DNA of 41,250 nt from Candidatus Micrarchaeota archaeon (GCA_021796295.1 JAJYIA010000002.1:1-41250), one strand, 5' to 3'. Positions 25,197 through 34,460 are shown, counted from the stretch's first letter. Numbers and translations are program-made. Notes: a model not told the origin generated them from the letters alone.

Positions 25197-25730
25197 ATGG
25201 CGTGGAGCATGAAAGAGGATTCGGAGGATGCAATAAAGGTAAGCAGCAAAACAGAATCAAATAAGGCTATCGAGTTCAGGCAGAGTGTGGTTGAGATAGC
25301 TGCACCCATGGCGTTCTGGACCTTCCTTCTTCTTGCTGCGCTTGCAGCTAAGACCCTCGCGGCCTCAGGGATAATAACAAGCGGATATATGCTGAAGGCT
25401 ATGGCTACCTACTCGGGCTTTATTCTCTCTTCATCAGGTATGATTGTGCTGCCTCTCATAGTAGGCGCGATCGTTGGCGCAGAGGTGGGAAACGGCGCTG
25501 GCAGGCTTACAGAGGCTGCAAAGGCCGGACTGCTGAACGGAGTCTATGCGGCCATGATATACTCCCTAATAATACTCATCATATATGAGGTACTATTATA
25601 TGCTGCTCCTGTAGTTGTGCCGGCAAAGGCACTTATACTGAACCAGTGGATTGCTGTGCCAGTCGTTGTGCTTGTGTCACTCTCGGAGATCTTCGCTCTT
25701 GTGTCTCACGCAAGGAGGATGGGCAGCTGA
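25197..25730 (+). CDS. Hypothetical polytopic membrane protein
   Basis: 177 aa with 4-5 hydrophobic segments after a polar N-terminus. No family recognised. Confidence 0.4.
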   Translation: MAWSMKEDSEDAIKVSSKTESNKAIEFRQSVVEIAAPMAFWTFLLLAALAAKTLAASGIITSGYMLKAMATYSGFILSSSGMIVLPLIVGAIVGAEVGNGAGRLTEAAKAGLLNGVYAAMIYSLIILIIYEVLLYAAPVVVPAKALILNQWIAVPVVVLVSLSEIFALVSHARRMGS

Positions 25731-25748
25731 GAGCAGCGGCAGGGCGCC

Positions 25749-27455
25749 TTATGTTGAATGCGTTGAATTGACATCTATGATGTAGAGCGAGACGTTTGCG
25801 CTCAGGCCCACGTTCTCAGTGGCAATGGATGACAGGGCGTGGGTATCAAGGATATTGCTGCATGTTGTATTGTGATATGGCGGCACCACGCACCAGTATC
25901 CATAATCGAATACAAGGCAGCTGAAATGCCTGTACATAAACGCATTTTCAGATATGTAGCTTATCTGCGCTGAGCTCCTGTTTAGCCCATACCATACATC
26001 AGGCGTGAATGAGAAGACAAGGCAGTTGGACGGCACCTTCTGGTAGTTGTTGTATATGAACGTTACAGAATGCGCTATTCCATACTGGAGTTGGGTATTC
26101 TGCGGGTTCTGTGACGTTATAGGGAAGAGGAGAAGCAAGGGTATAAGCGAAACGACGAGAAAGAGCGCAGAGTATGCCATTACTGATAATCTCCTGCCAA
26201 GCCTGAAGCGGCGCTGCGCTGCCTCAGAAATTTCGTATATGGCTATTGATGCAAGGATGACAAGGCCGGGGACAAGCTGGAGCATGAACCTGCTATCGAC
26301 GCCGAAGGTTGCCGCTCCGGCGTAGAAAAAGCCGTAGAAGAGGAAGTATAGCAAGAACCACCCCAACAAGAGGAGGAGCATACCCCATCTGTTTTTAATG
26401 CGCCTGTCGAATGCGAGGAAAATGCCCCCTGCGACAGCGAAGATCGTAACCGTCTCAGGAAAAATCGAGGGGTACATTGTTGATATGTTGAATGCACCTA
26501 AAAGGAACGAGATGTTTGCATTTGCATTGTGGGCGAAATTTGAGAATGAGAAGAGCTTCTGTGACGTATATGACTGACCGTAGTTGCCTGTGCTCAGCTC
26601 ATTGCCCAGGTAGTAAAACTGGGGAAGCAGAAGGAGTATAAAGGCGAGAAGCGCGGCAAGGAATAGTGCATTGTTTGAAAAATGCTTGGTTGCCACCTTT
26701 ATACGCGCTGATGCCGTCTTTCTCATGCCTTTCTCACCATATACAAGCGAAAGCAGCAGTATTAGCGGGAGCAGAAGCATGGCCTCACTGCGCACATATG
26801 CAAGGAGTACAAGGCTTGAGATAAGGATTCCGAATGTCTTTATGTTTCTCCTATTTACGAAAATCAGCATTGATATGAATGCAAGAATTGAGAGCATCAT
26901 GAAAGGCAAGTCAAGCACTGCTTCTGTTCTTGCCCAGATAAAAAGCAGCGGCATGGTTGCGAGCATAAAGGATGAGAGCACGGCTATCCTCTTTTTCTGC
27001 GTGAGCAGTGCTGTGAGAATGAAGATAAGGAGTATGGACAATGCGCCTACAAAAAGCTGAAGTGCGTGGGCCGTGCCTCTCCCTGCTCCGAAGATTGCAA
27101 AGGCCATTGCTATGAAGAATGCCCACTCGACAGGGTCGTGGTAGAGCGCAGAATTGAAGCACTGCGCCACATTCCCGGTTCCGTACTGGCACCACAGCGC
27201 ATTCCAGTGGTGAAGTATGTTGAGCGCTACGCCCTGGTATATGTTCTCATCGAAATAAAGCTGCTCTGTGGGCCTTACAAAAAGAAGCGATATTATCACA
27301 AAGAATAGCGCTGCGATGAGGGCCATTGAGAGCGAACGCCTATCGATACTGCGCGATAGGAGCCGGGTAATGCCTTTCCTATCGGAAATGAGCAGTGCTA
27401 TGAGAGAAAGAAGCGATATGAACGCTACACTTGGCACTATATAACCAAAAAGCAT
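25749..27455 (-). CDS. GT-C fold glycosyltransferase (ArnT/PMT-like, GT39/GT83-type)
   Basis: 568 aa with more than 10 TM segments. The first extracytoplasmic loop has YFDENIYQG (DE.. motif). The C-terminus is a soluble domain. Confidence 0.6.
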   Translation of the reverse strand: MLFGYIVPSVAFISLLSLIALLISDRKGITRLLSRSIDRRSLSMALIAALFFVIISLLFVRPTEQLYFDENIYQGVALNILHHWNALWCQYGTGNVAQCFNSALYHDPVEWAFFIAMAFAIFGAGRGTAHALQLFVGALSILLIFILTALLTQKKRIAVLSSFMLATMPLLFIWARTEAVLDLPFMMLSILAFISMLIFVNRRNIKTFGILISSLVLLAYVRSEAMLLLPLILLLSLVYGEKGMRKTASARIKVATKHFSNNALFLAALLAFILLLLPQFYYLGNELSTGNYGQSYTSQKLFSFSNFAHNANANISFLLGAFNISTMYPSIFPETVTIFAVAGGIFLAFDRRIKNRWGMLLLLLGWFLLYFLFYGFFYAGAATFGVDSRFMLQLVPGLVILASIAIYEISEAAQRRFRLGRRLSVMAYSALFLVVSLIPLLLLFPITSQNPQNTQLQYGIAHSVTFIYNNYQKVPSNCLVFSFTPDVWYGLNRSSAQISYISENAFMYRHFSCLVFDYGYWCVVPPYHNTTCSNILDTHALSSIATENVGLSANVSLYIIDVNSTHST

Positions 27456-27492
27456 GCATGCACCCCGGCCGGGATTACGGGATTATCCTGCT

Positions 27493-27738
27493 TTAGCGCG
27501 GCTTGCTGATCTCAGAAACTGCCCTCTCTATTAGCTCTTTGTGCGATCTCTTGAAGATGTAGGTCTTGTACTTCTCCCTCATCATGCTCCACACATAATA
27601 AAATGTGAGGAAGAGGTCAACTGATATGAAAATGAGCGCAACAATCGGCTCAGTCGTAAGCCTCACTACAAGGAAGCCTAAAGCTGCATTGTACAACACG
27701 AATGCAACTATCGCAAGCTTCACTAAGAGGTCTTTCAT
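27493..27738 (-). CDS. Small 2-TM membrane protein (paralog of 27782-28051)
   Basis: The shared pattern is L(Y/I)N(A/T)xLG(F/Y)(L/V)(V/I)(V/I)xLT, then a second TM and a basic tail. Confidence 0.4.
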   Translation of the reverse strand: MKDLLVKLAIVAFVLYNAALGFLVVRLTTEPIVALIFISVDLFLTFYYVWSMMREKYKTYIFKRSHKELIERAVSEISKPR

Positions 27739-27781
27739 CTCGTTACCTCTTTTACCATTACCTCTTTTACCTCACTAGGCA

Positions 27782-28051
27782 TCAAGTGCCTCTTGAGCGC
27801 CTTGCCGCCAGCTGCTTCCTTTTCTCCATCATTCCTGAAACGTGTATCGCAAAGAGGAATATGATTATGTAATCCACTGCTATTATAAGCAGAAGGAGAA
27901 CGCCGCCCAATCCAGAGCCGCTTCTAGCAGTTAACTCTATTATTACGTAACCAAGTATGGTGTTGTATATAAAGAGCAGCAATGTTATCCACTTTGTGCC
28001 TCCCCACCAATTCTTACCATTTACTGGCATCGCTTTTTTTGCGTTTGGCAA
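27782..28051 (-). CDS. Small 2-TM membrane protein (paralog of 27493-27738)
   Basis: Same architecture and motif (IYNTILGYVIIELT) as its neighbour. Confidence 0.4.
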   Translation of the reverse strand: MPNAKKAMPVNGKNWWGGTKWITLLLFIYNTILGYVIIELTARSGSGLGGVLLLLIIAVDYIIIFLFAIHVSGMMEKRKQLAARRSRGT

Positions 28052-28291
28052 ACATATACACCTTTATCTATCCATTCAGATGATATGTATTAATACAAAA
28101 GATAAAGCTTAAAAACCTTATGGAAAGAGATTCTGGTGGCGATGGGATCGAAGCACTATGCGATGGCGTGCAAGACCAGCAATACAGAGAAAGCAATAAA
28201 TGATTATGCAGTTCACTTACATCAAATGGTGAGGGTATGGCTTCGGATCCCATCTGCGGCATGTATATTACTGCAGGGCAAGGCTTACAAA

Positions 28292-28308
28292 CCCCAACGA
28301 AGTTGGGG
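28292..28308 (-). terminator. Hairpin downstream of the uL16 gene (possible terminator)
   Basis: CCCCAAC-GAA-GTTGGGG lies 50 nt past the uL16 stop. On the minus strand it is followed by TTTGT. Confidence 0.35.
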
Positions 28309-28357
28309 GAATGCTGTGGTTATTCACAAAGCTGAGCAGTTTCCGCGATTTGGCATT

Positions 28358-28873
28358 CTACGAGGCAGTTATGGTATACGTGCCGGAAAGCTTTGATGCT
28401 GCGCGCTTGAGAGCCTCCCTTGCTATGTCCTTTGAGGCGACGTCCACCTTGAGCTCAAACACACTCTGGCCCTTTCTGAGCCTTGCGGCCCTCGAAACCG
28501 CCTTGCCGAATGAGAGATTCATGCCCTGCGAGAGCCTGTCTGCGCCTGCGCCTGTTGCCCTCTTCTTCTCCCTTACCACGTTGTGCGGGTAAGAAACAAC
28601 CCTGAAGAAGTAGTTGCCGGGTATCTCTCGCTCAAGATGTTTGTTTGCAACCTGCCTTGCCGCCTCCAGCGCATTTGACCTCAGCTGCACATACTGGTTT
28701 GAGACAAGAGCGTATCTGCTGCTGTAGGTAGGCTTGTCCACTCCCATCCTGAATATTAGCAGGCTTGTATGCGGCAGCGCCTTCACATAATTCTTCTTCG
28801 GCTTCTTCACAGAGTACCTGCCCCATGCCTGGCTGTTTATATACCTCATAGTCCTTGCAGGCCTTAGCTTCAT
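28358..28873 (-). CDS. rpl10e: 50S ribosomal protein uL16 (L10e)
   Basis: MKLRPARTMRYINSQAWGRYS...GAGADRLSQGMNLSFGKAVSRAARL is the L10e pattern. Confidence 0.9.
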   Translation of the reverse strand: MKLRPARTMRYINSQAWGRYSVKKPKKNYVKALPHTSLLIFRMGVDKPTYSSRYALVSNQYVQLRSNALEAARQVANKHLEREIPGNYFFRVVSYPHNVVREKKRATGAGADRLSQGMNLSFGKAVSRAARLRKGQSVFELKVDVASKDIAREALKRAASKLSGTYTITAS

Positions 28874-29025
28874 AATATCATCTTTTCATTACTTACATTA
28901 TTAAGTGCACATGCACAGTTGCAGCTTCAGAAGCCCATCAAATACTAAAGACTCTTAGGAAGCCCGCCTTTAGAGCTATTTGGAAGGCAAGTAATTTATG
29001 CATTTCGGCACAGCGCATGGCATGC

Positions 29026-29313
29026 CTATATTTTGCATACGACCTTTCCTATTATGGCCTCGCTGCCTATGCGGCCGAAATGCCTACTGTCCTCGCTATG
29101 CTCACTGTTGTCACCTCTCACGAAATAGCCGCGGCTTCCGGCGCTTGCCACACGCTTTACAATGCTCATCTCCTTTTTCGGGTGCCTGAGCACAACGATG
29201 TCGCCTGGAGATAGCTTTATGAAGGCCTGCCTTACAAGGACGTAGTCGCCCTCATGAAGCTCGGGCTCCATGCTCCTCTCCTTTATCTTGAAGATCCTTA
29301 ACGGGAAGTGCAT
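29026..29313 (-). CDS. sodX: S26-family signal-peptidase-like protease, probable Ni-SOD maturation protease SodX
   Basis: ERSMEPELHEGDYVLV...PGDIVVLRHP....IVKRV.......VRGDNSEHSEDSRHFG carries S26 catalytic Ser and Lys motifs. It lies 3 nt downstream of sodN. Confidence 0.75.
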   Translation of the reverse strand: MHFPLRIFKIKERSMEPELHEGDYVLVRQAFIKLSPGDIVVLRHPKKEMSIVKRVASAGSRGYFVRGDNSEHSEDSRHFGRIGSEAIIGKVVCKI

Positions 29314-29316
29314 GCC

Positions 29317-29814
29317 TCAGACCTTTGGATAGACGATCTCACGCTTAGTAGGGTAGAATGCCTCTATCCTCTTTGTCTCGACGCCTTTTGTCTTCCAGAA
29401 GATCTCGGCTATTTTTTCCACAACTGAAAGAAGCTCCTCTGCAGTTTTGACATCCGTCTTCTGGCGCGCCTCGGAGCCAAGCTTCAGCGCATTCCAGATG
29501 AGCTCCTGCAATTCTGGGTTTTGCTCAAGGTGCTCGTGCTTGAAGTAATCGCCCCATAGGATCCTTATCTCTCGCTTGCACAGTTCGGCGTGCTCTTCCT
29601 TGACTGCGGTGTACCTCACAAGCTTATGCATTGTTTCAACAGTATTGTCCTTGGGCAATGCGGCTATGAGGTCTGCCATGCGTATGACAGTATGCGCCGC
29701 CATCTGCGCAGCATGAGGATCATAGATGCCGCAGGGTATGTCGCAATGCGCATATGCCGTATCAAACCCAAAAAACCTGTCGATGCCATCCAGAAGTGCA
29801 TGCAAAGCTTTCAT
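29317..29814 (-). CDS. sodN: Nickel-containing superoxide dismutase precursor
   Basis: A 22-aa leader is followed by HCDIPCGIYDP, the Ni-hook motif (HCDLPCGVYDP in the characterised enzymes). The size and helical remainder fit. Confidence 0.85.
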   Translation of the reverse strand: MKALHALLDGIDRFFGFDTAYAHCDIPCGIYDPHAAQMAAHTVIRMADLIAALPKDNTVETMHKLVRYTAVKEEHAELCKREIRILWGDYFKHEHLEQNPELQELIWNALKLGSEARQKTDVKTAEELLSVVEKIAEIFWKTKGVETKRIEAFYPTKREIVYPKV

Positions 29815-29927
29815 TCTATTACCCAGTAATACTTATGCACATAGACTTAATATAGTTTTCTGGAACGCGACCCAGGATGTGCCGTGCAGATTTCGCTGCT
29901 TATGCCAGCCTAGGGTTTTATGGAAAT

Positions 29928-29976
29928 GTTTAAATATTTATTCTGATATATGATTTTTACTAAAATATAAAGGTGG
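29928..29976 (+). promoter_or_regulatory. Putative promoter (TATA-like) and Shine-Dalgarno for the 29981-34918 operon
   Basis: GTTTAAATATTTA lies at 29928-29940. AGGTGG at 29971-29976 sits 4 nt upstream of the TTG start at 29981. Confidence 0.3.
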
Positions 29977-29980
29977 GTAT

Positions 29981-30367
29981 TTGAATAAAATATATAGGAA
30001 GGAAGCAGTCATCGCACTGGGGCGCAGTTTCATCAGGATTCCGCTGCTCTTTGCTGCTGCGCTCCTTGCATACAGGAGCGCCTATGCGTACACTCCGCAG
30101 ACCCTTGACATAATCTCTACCCTGAACAATATACAGGGCATACTCATGCACATAGGTCCTGTTCTCAGCGCCGTTCTTTTCGTCGTAGCAGGCATATTCT
30201 ACGCCATAGGCCAGCTCTTCCCTGGTTACAAGAGGGCAAACCTCCACAGCGCATCGATCGACCTCATAATAGGCGCCATTATCGTGGCTGTGCTCTCCGC
30301 TGCGTCAACAGGCCTTGCCGTCGCATCAACGCATCTTCTCTCCAACCTCTCGGCAAATTCAACGTGA
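29981..30367 (+). CDS. Secreted two-helix membrane protein, VirB2/TrbC-pilin-like architecture (CedA1/TedC-like candidate)
   Basis: TTG start with an SD. Signal peptide ..IPLLFAAALLAYRSAYA/YTPQ. The mature ~91 aa has two hydrophobic helices separated by the basic loop PGYKRANLHS, and a C-terminal NLS/NST. Confidence 0.5.
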   Translation: MNKIYRKEAVIALGRSFIRIPLLFAAALLAYRSAYAYTPQTLDIISTLNNIQGILMHIGPVLSAVLFVVAGIFYAIGQLFPGYKRANLHSASIDLIIGAIIVAVLSAASTGLAVASTHLLSNLSANST

Positions 30368-30371
30368 TGGG

Positions 30372-31412
30372 ATGCAGTTCGGCGCAATTGGAAGCTACGG
30401 CTTTTCAGTAGCAGTCCTTCTCACGGCGATGATGATTGCGATAAGCGGGATGGTGCTTGGCATAGGCTATGCGCTGAACGACCGCAGATTCAAGGACTTC
30501 GGAAGCGAGGGGCTTTATCAGTCAATCATAAGCGGCGTGCTTGTGGGGAGCATGATGCTTCTTTTTGCCAACGGAGGCCTTGTGAACAGACTTGTCAATT
30601 CGGCAATACCGGCCAACACATCACTGCACTGCCCTCAGCTCATATCTGGAAACTCTGCCATCTGCCTCTCCTACAATTATCTTGTGGGTACGCAGCCGTA
30701 CACCTTCATGGGCGTCTCGCATGCTTCGGTCTTCAGCATGGCCATGAATATAACAACCGGACTCCTTACTCTGAATGCAATCGTAGGAATGATTGCATCC
30801 CTGAAGTTCAGTTTTATAGTCTCGTTCTCATTCGGATACGTGCTCATGCCTATCCTGAATGAGCTCAGGTACGCGATAAAGCTTCTTATTGACGTGGCAG
30901 TTAGTGCCGTTGTCCAGGCTGCTGTCCTCGTATTCGTATCGGCAGGCGCGCTTGAGGTCATACTGCCTTCCGGGCTTGTGCTGCGCACGTTTTACCCTAC
31001 GAGGAAGATAGGCGGCTTTCTCATAGCTCTGAGCATAGGCATGTATGCAGTATTTCCCATGACATACGTTTTGAATTCGATGCTGATAAACACATACTCA
31101 TTAAGCATAAATTCGACATCAATATCGCAGGCTTCGGTGAGCGCTTCAGGAACTGAAAGCAGCCTGATCTCATCAGCTGCCTCGTATAATGCCCTGAGCA
31201 CAGGCATACTCAGCAGCATGAACAGCATAATCTCGCAGCTCAGCGGCGCGCTCTCAGGCGTGATGAACGGCATAATCGTCTCGGTTTCTTACCTCATAGT
31301 ATATGCCTTCGTGCTTCCTGCATTCAGCCTTATCATAACGGGCATATCGATAAGGGAACTGGCATCGGCCCTGGGCTCTGAAGCCCGCTTTGGAAGATTC
31401 GATATATTGTGA
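30372..31412 (+). CDS. Polytopic membrane protein, VirB6/TrbL/CedA-like candidate
   Basis: 346 aa with about 7 hydrophobic segments, a Cys-containing loop (HCPQLISGNSAIC) and a Ser-rich loop. It starts 4 nt after the upstream stop. Confidence 0.45.
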   Translation: MQFGAIGSYGFSVAVLLTAMMIAISGMVLGIGYALNDRRFKDFGSEGLYQSIISGVLVGSMMLLFANGGLVNRLVNSAIPANTSLHCPQLISGNSAICLSYNYLVGTQPYTFMGVSHASVFSMAMNITTGLLTLNAIVGMIASLKFSFIVSFSFGYVLMPILNELRYAIKLLIDVAVSAVVQAAVLVFVSAGALEVILPSGLVLRTFYPTRKIGGFLIALSIGMYAVFPMTYVLNSMLINTYSLSINSTSISQASVSASGTESSLISSAASYNALSTGILSSMNSIISQLSGALSGVMNGIIVSVSYLIVYAFVLPAFSLIITGISIRELASALGSEARFGRFDIL

Positions 31413-31416
31413 TTGG

Positions 31417-32142
31417 ATGGAGGAAGACGACATTGCGAATAGGCTTTATGCCTATCTTTTCTACGCTGCTGCAGTCGTCTGCATACTCTTAAGCATTGCC
31501 TCGTACAATATCATCTTTGTGGCGTGCGCCTTACTGCTGATGCTTTTCTCGTCCTTATACCTGAACAGCGGCCATATACTTAACAACCTGCTGATAAAAA
31601 GGTCAGCGGTTATTGAGGTCTATAATGGCTATGCTGTGAACGAGAGGCTGCCTTCAGCTGTGAAGAAGGTGGGCACGGCGTATCTGAGCATATCGCTTGC
31701 AGTGCTGCAGCTTGGCAGCTCAAGCAGCATAGACGGAAAAGTCTTCAGGTCCATGCTTGAGAACGTACGCGAGCCGTTCGAGTTCAGTATAGAACTCGCT
31801 GAAGCGGAGAAGGGCAAGATTCTTGAAACGCTTGAGATGAAGAGAAGGATGAAGGAGATAGAGCTTACCAGGGCTGACAGGAGGCGCTATGAGAGGATAA
31901 ACAGCATAACCCGAGAGATAGAGCTCATCAATTCAGAGATAGCAGGGCTAGGCCCGGGCAAGACATACAGGATGCTGCTAAGGCTGAAAACCTCTGCCCG
32001 CTCAGCAGACAGGGGCGAGGCTGCGCTTGAGTCTTCAAGGGGCATTGAGCACATAGCGGGCTCCTTTGCATCGGCATTCGGCCTGAGCTACAGGATACTC
32101 TCCGGAGAGGAGCTCCTGGGATTCATAGAGGCGCATGCATGA
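31417..32142 (+). CDS. 2-TM protein with a soluble domain, candidate VirB3 + VirB4 N-terminal-domain equivalent
   Basis: LYAYLFYAAAVVCILLSIASYNIIFVACALLLMLFSSLYL forms a hydrophobic hairpin, followed by a ~170-aa soluble domain. Its stop overlaps the ATPase start (ATGA). Confidence 0.4.
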   Translation: MEEDDIANRLYAYLFYAAAVVCILLSIASYNIIFVACALLLMLFSSLYLNSGHILNNLLIKRSAVIEVYNGYAVNERLPSAVKKVGTAYLSISLAVLQLGSSSSIDGKVFRSMLENVREPFEFSIELAEAEKGKILETLEMKRRMKEIELTRADRRRYERINSITREIELINSEIAGLGPGKTYRMLLRLKTSARSADRGEAALESSRGIEHIAGSFASAFGLSYRILSGEELLGFIEAHA

Positions 32143-33239
32143 GGTATTACGAAACTGCAAATGAGGAGGTCGCGGCAAGGCTATTCCATGCGCCTGTGCC
32201 GGATGAGCCCGATATTGATGCCATGGAAAGCGCGTGCAGCGGCGGCATCTTTATAGGGTTCACAGGGCTCCTCTCTGTGCCGTTCTTCATAAATTTTGAC
32301 TATCTTATAAACCAGCATGTCTTCATATTCGGCATGAGCGGCGGAGGCAAGACATTCCTTATGAAGAACATGATGCTAAGGCTTCACTACATGCTTGAGT
32401 GCTCAGTGCTTCTTGTAGACTTTACAGGCGAATATGCGGAATTTGCAAGATTCGCAGGCTGCAGAGAGACAGGGCCTTCTGTGAAGATGCAGCTTAAGCA
32501 GGGCATAACCTATATTAACCTGAAGGGCTACAGCGAGGCCGAGAAGGTGCAGCATGCCGAGAGTGTTCTCAGGGCAGTGGCAGAGGTCATGCGCTCAGGC
32601 GCCAGCAGGAGGCGTTTGTTCGTAATAATGGATGAGGCGTGGAAGATGCTTGGCAGGAGCGCGCCGCTCAACGCCATAGTGAGGGAAGGCAGGAAGTACT
32701 CTGTCGGGCTTGTTTTCGCCTCGCAGCTCGTTGAAGATGCCGAGCTTGAAGCCATAGCGAACGTGGCCACGCTCTTCATATTCAGGATGCAGAACAGGGG
32801 GAGCCTTGAGAAGATAGCCAGGAACTACAACATAGGCGAGGAAGCTCTTCTCAGAATACAAAACCTAGATGTGGGCAGTTGCTACGTAGTACAGATAAGG
32901 AAGTCTGCAGCAAGGGAGGCCTTTGTGCTGAAAAGGGTTATAGGCATAGGCCTCAAGAGGCGCATCAGACTGGATTTTGGTGGGAACATGGTCGAAATAG
33001 AGGAGAAAAGGCTTGAGGCCGTGATAAGCGGCTTATGCAAAGACGACACATCGGCATTCATATCCGAGATCAAGAGATCCGGAAGTGTAGAGCTCCACAG
33101 CCTTATATACGGTCTCATGCGCCGCGGAGCTGACCGCAGGGCCATCCTGCGCTCTCTCGAAGGATTCGGCATAGGAGATATTGAGCTCTCTGATGCATTC
33201 TCAATGGCCGTAGGTGGAATGGATGAGGCTTCGAAATAG
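32139..33239 (+). CDS. P-loop ATPase of the VirB4/TrbE/CedB-HerA-FtsK type
   Basis: Walker A FIFGMSGGGKTFLMKNM. DFTGEY. Walker B RLFVIMDEAWKML. REGRKYSVGLVFASQ (Arg finger/sensor pattern of VirB4/TraC/HerA-like ATPases). Confidence 0.75.
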   Translation: MRYYETANEEVAARLFHAPVPDEPDIDAMESACSGGIFIGFTGLLSVPFFINFDYLINQHVFIFGMSGGGKTFLMKNMMLRLHYMLECSVLLVDFTGEYAEFARFAGCRETGPSVKMQLKQGITYINLKGYSEAEKVQHAESVLRAVAEVMRSGASRRRLFVIMDEAWKMLGRSAPLNAIVREGRKYSVGLVFASQLVEDAELEAIANVATLFIFRMQNRGSLEKIARNYNIGEEALLRIQNLDVGSCYVVQIRKSAAREAFVLKRVIGIGLKRRIRLDFGGNMVEIEEKRLEAVISGLCKDDTSAFISEIKRSGSVELHSLIYGLMRRGADRRAILRSLEGFGIGDIELSDAFSMAVGGMDEASK

Positions 33240-33906
33240 TTGCCGGTCTGAAGGCTATCTGGTAAGCAGGATACCCGTAAGGGCGGTAGCGTCTACAGGC
33301 ATGGGAAGCGTAGCCGAGAGGCTCAGGCTCTACCCCTCGCTTACGCAGCTCGGCAGGGGCACAAGCCTGAGGTACATGCTCAGGACAGAGCAAAGCGACC
33401 ACTTTTATATAATTGCGCTTGAAAAGCATGAGATACTCCTTGAAATATATGCGAAGGAAACGCCGCTTTACCTTTTTGGAGACGCAATGCTGAAGCTGCT
33501 TTCGCTCTTCGGCGTGCTTGAGGGCCTTTACACGTTCGACATTGCAGGCCTCTTCCCGTACATGGTCTGGGTACTCGGCAGGCAGCAGCTTGCAGAACAT
33601 CCAATGCAGGAAGCGGAAAGGAGACATGATATAAGCAGCGACCTGGTGCTTGCAAGAAGGATCCTGGGGCTTGCAAAGGAAAGGCAGGAAGCTGATGCAA
33701 GGGCAGAGCGCTGGCATTTGAGGGCCATACACATACTTGCGAAGCTCATGGTGTATGAACATAGCTGCGGCTTCAGCATAGAAGACATAGCCAAGGAGCA
33801 CGGCATAGCGCAGCATGATGTGCTTGACGCCATAGAGGCGATGTCAAGCATAGGCTACAGGGCCGTAAGGACGGGCAGGGGCTCTTTTGCACTGGCGAGA
33901 ATATGA
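33214..33906 (+). CDS. Hypothetical protein with a C-terminal winged-helix-like segment
   Basis: GFSIEDIAKEHGIAQHDVLDAIEAMSSIGYRAVRTGRGSFALARI looks like a wHTH. The start is uncertain (GTG 33214, or ATG 33223, 33301 or 33376). The stop overlaps the next start (ATGA). Confidence 0.4.
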   Translation: MEWMRLRNSCRSEGYLVSRIPVRAVASTGMGSVAERLRLYPSLTQLGRGTSLRYMLRTEQSDHFYIIALEKHEILLEIYAKETPLYLFGDAMLKLLSLFGVLEGLYTFDIAGLFPYMVWVLGRQQLAEHPMQEAERRHDISSDLVLARRILGLAKERQEADARAERWHLRAIHILAKLMVYEHSCGFSIEDIAKEHGIAQHDVLDAIEAMSSIGYRAVRTGRGSFALARI

Positions 33907-34460
33907 ATGCTGTAGCGTATGCGGCAATGCAGCTTCTTCCTGTCTTCATAGGCATAGCCATTATGTTTCTCATACGCTCCGTCAGGATGGCTAGGCGGCG
34001 CATAAGAATAGACATTACAGGCATCGAGAATTACAAGAATGGCGGTCCTGCTGAAGAAGGTCTGCACATGCATGAAGGCGGTGAGGTCGATGCGTCTTCT
34101 TACCGGAAGCAGCAGGAAGAAGAGAGTGCTATACGTCCAGATTCAGATTGCTGTGACAAGGGCGCAAGAGAGGCCGCTTTAGAAGAGCTGACAAGGGAGA
34201 TGCTTATCATCAACGGCATGTACAGAGGCAGCATACAGGATTATAGGAGCGCGGCCTTTTCCAGGCTTGGAATTATAGACGCAGAGGATGTGCACTCTGC
34301 GCCGCATTACCTCAGGAGATGGAATAAGAGGCAGATGACTGTTTTCATATTTGGCGAGGGCAGCAGGGGCTTAAACCTGAGGCTTCTCAGGTATGGCGAG
34401 AGCGAAGGCATACTCCTTGCATATGCGCTTTTGCATAGGTTGGAATTTATCGGTGTTTGA
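33903..34460 (+). CDS. Hypothetical N-terminally membrane-anchored protein
   Basis: One N-terminal TM (LLPVFIGIAIMFLI) followed by RRRIR, then an acidic linker and a ~100-aa C-terminal domain. No family recognised. Confidence 0.4.
   Translation: MNAVAYAAMQLLPVFIGIAIMFLIRSVRMARRRIRIDITGIENYKNGGPAEEGLHMHEGGEVDASSYRKQQEEESAIRPDSDCCDKGAREAALEELTREMLIINGMYRGSIQDYRSAAFSRLGIIDAEDVHSAPHYLRRWNKRQMTVFIFGEGSRGLNLRLLRYGESEGILLAYALLHRLEFIGV

Noticed and set aside
33115-33816. 233-aa minus-strand ORF (plus 33380-33700 and 33528-33851) inside the operon
   Set aside because: These ORFs are antisense to the co-directional, translationally coupled plus-strand genes and show no motifs.
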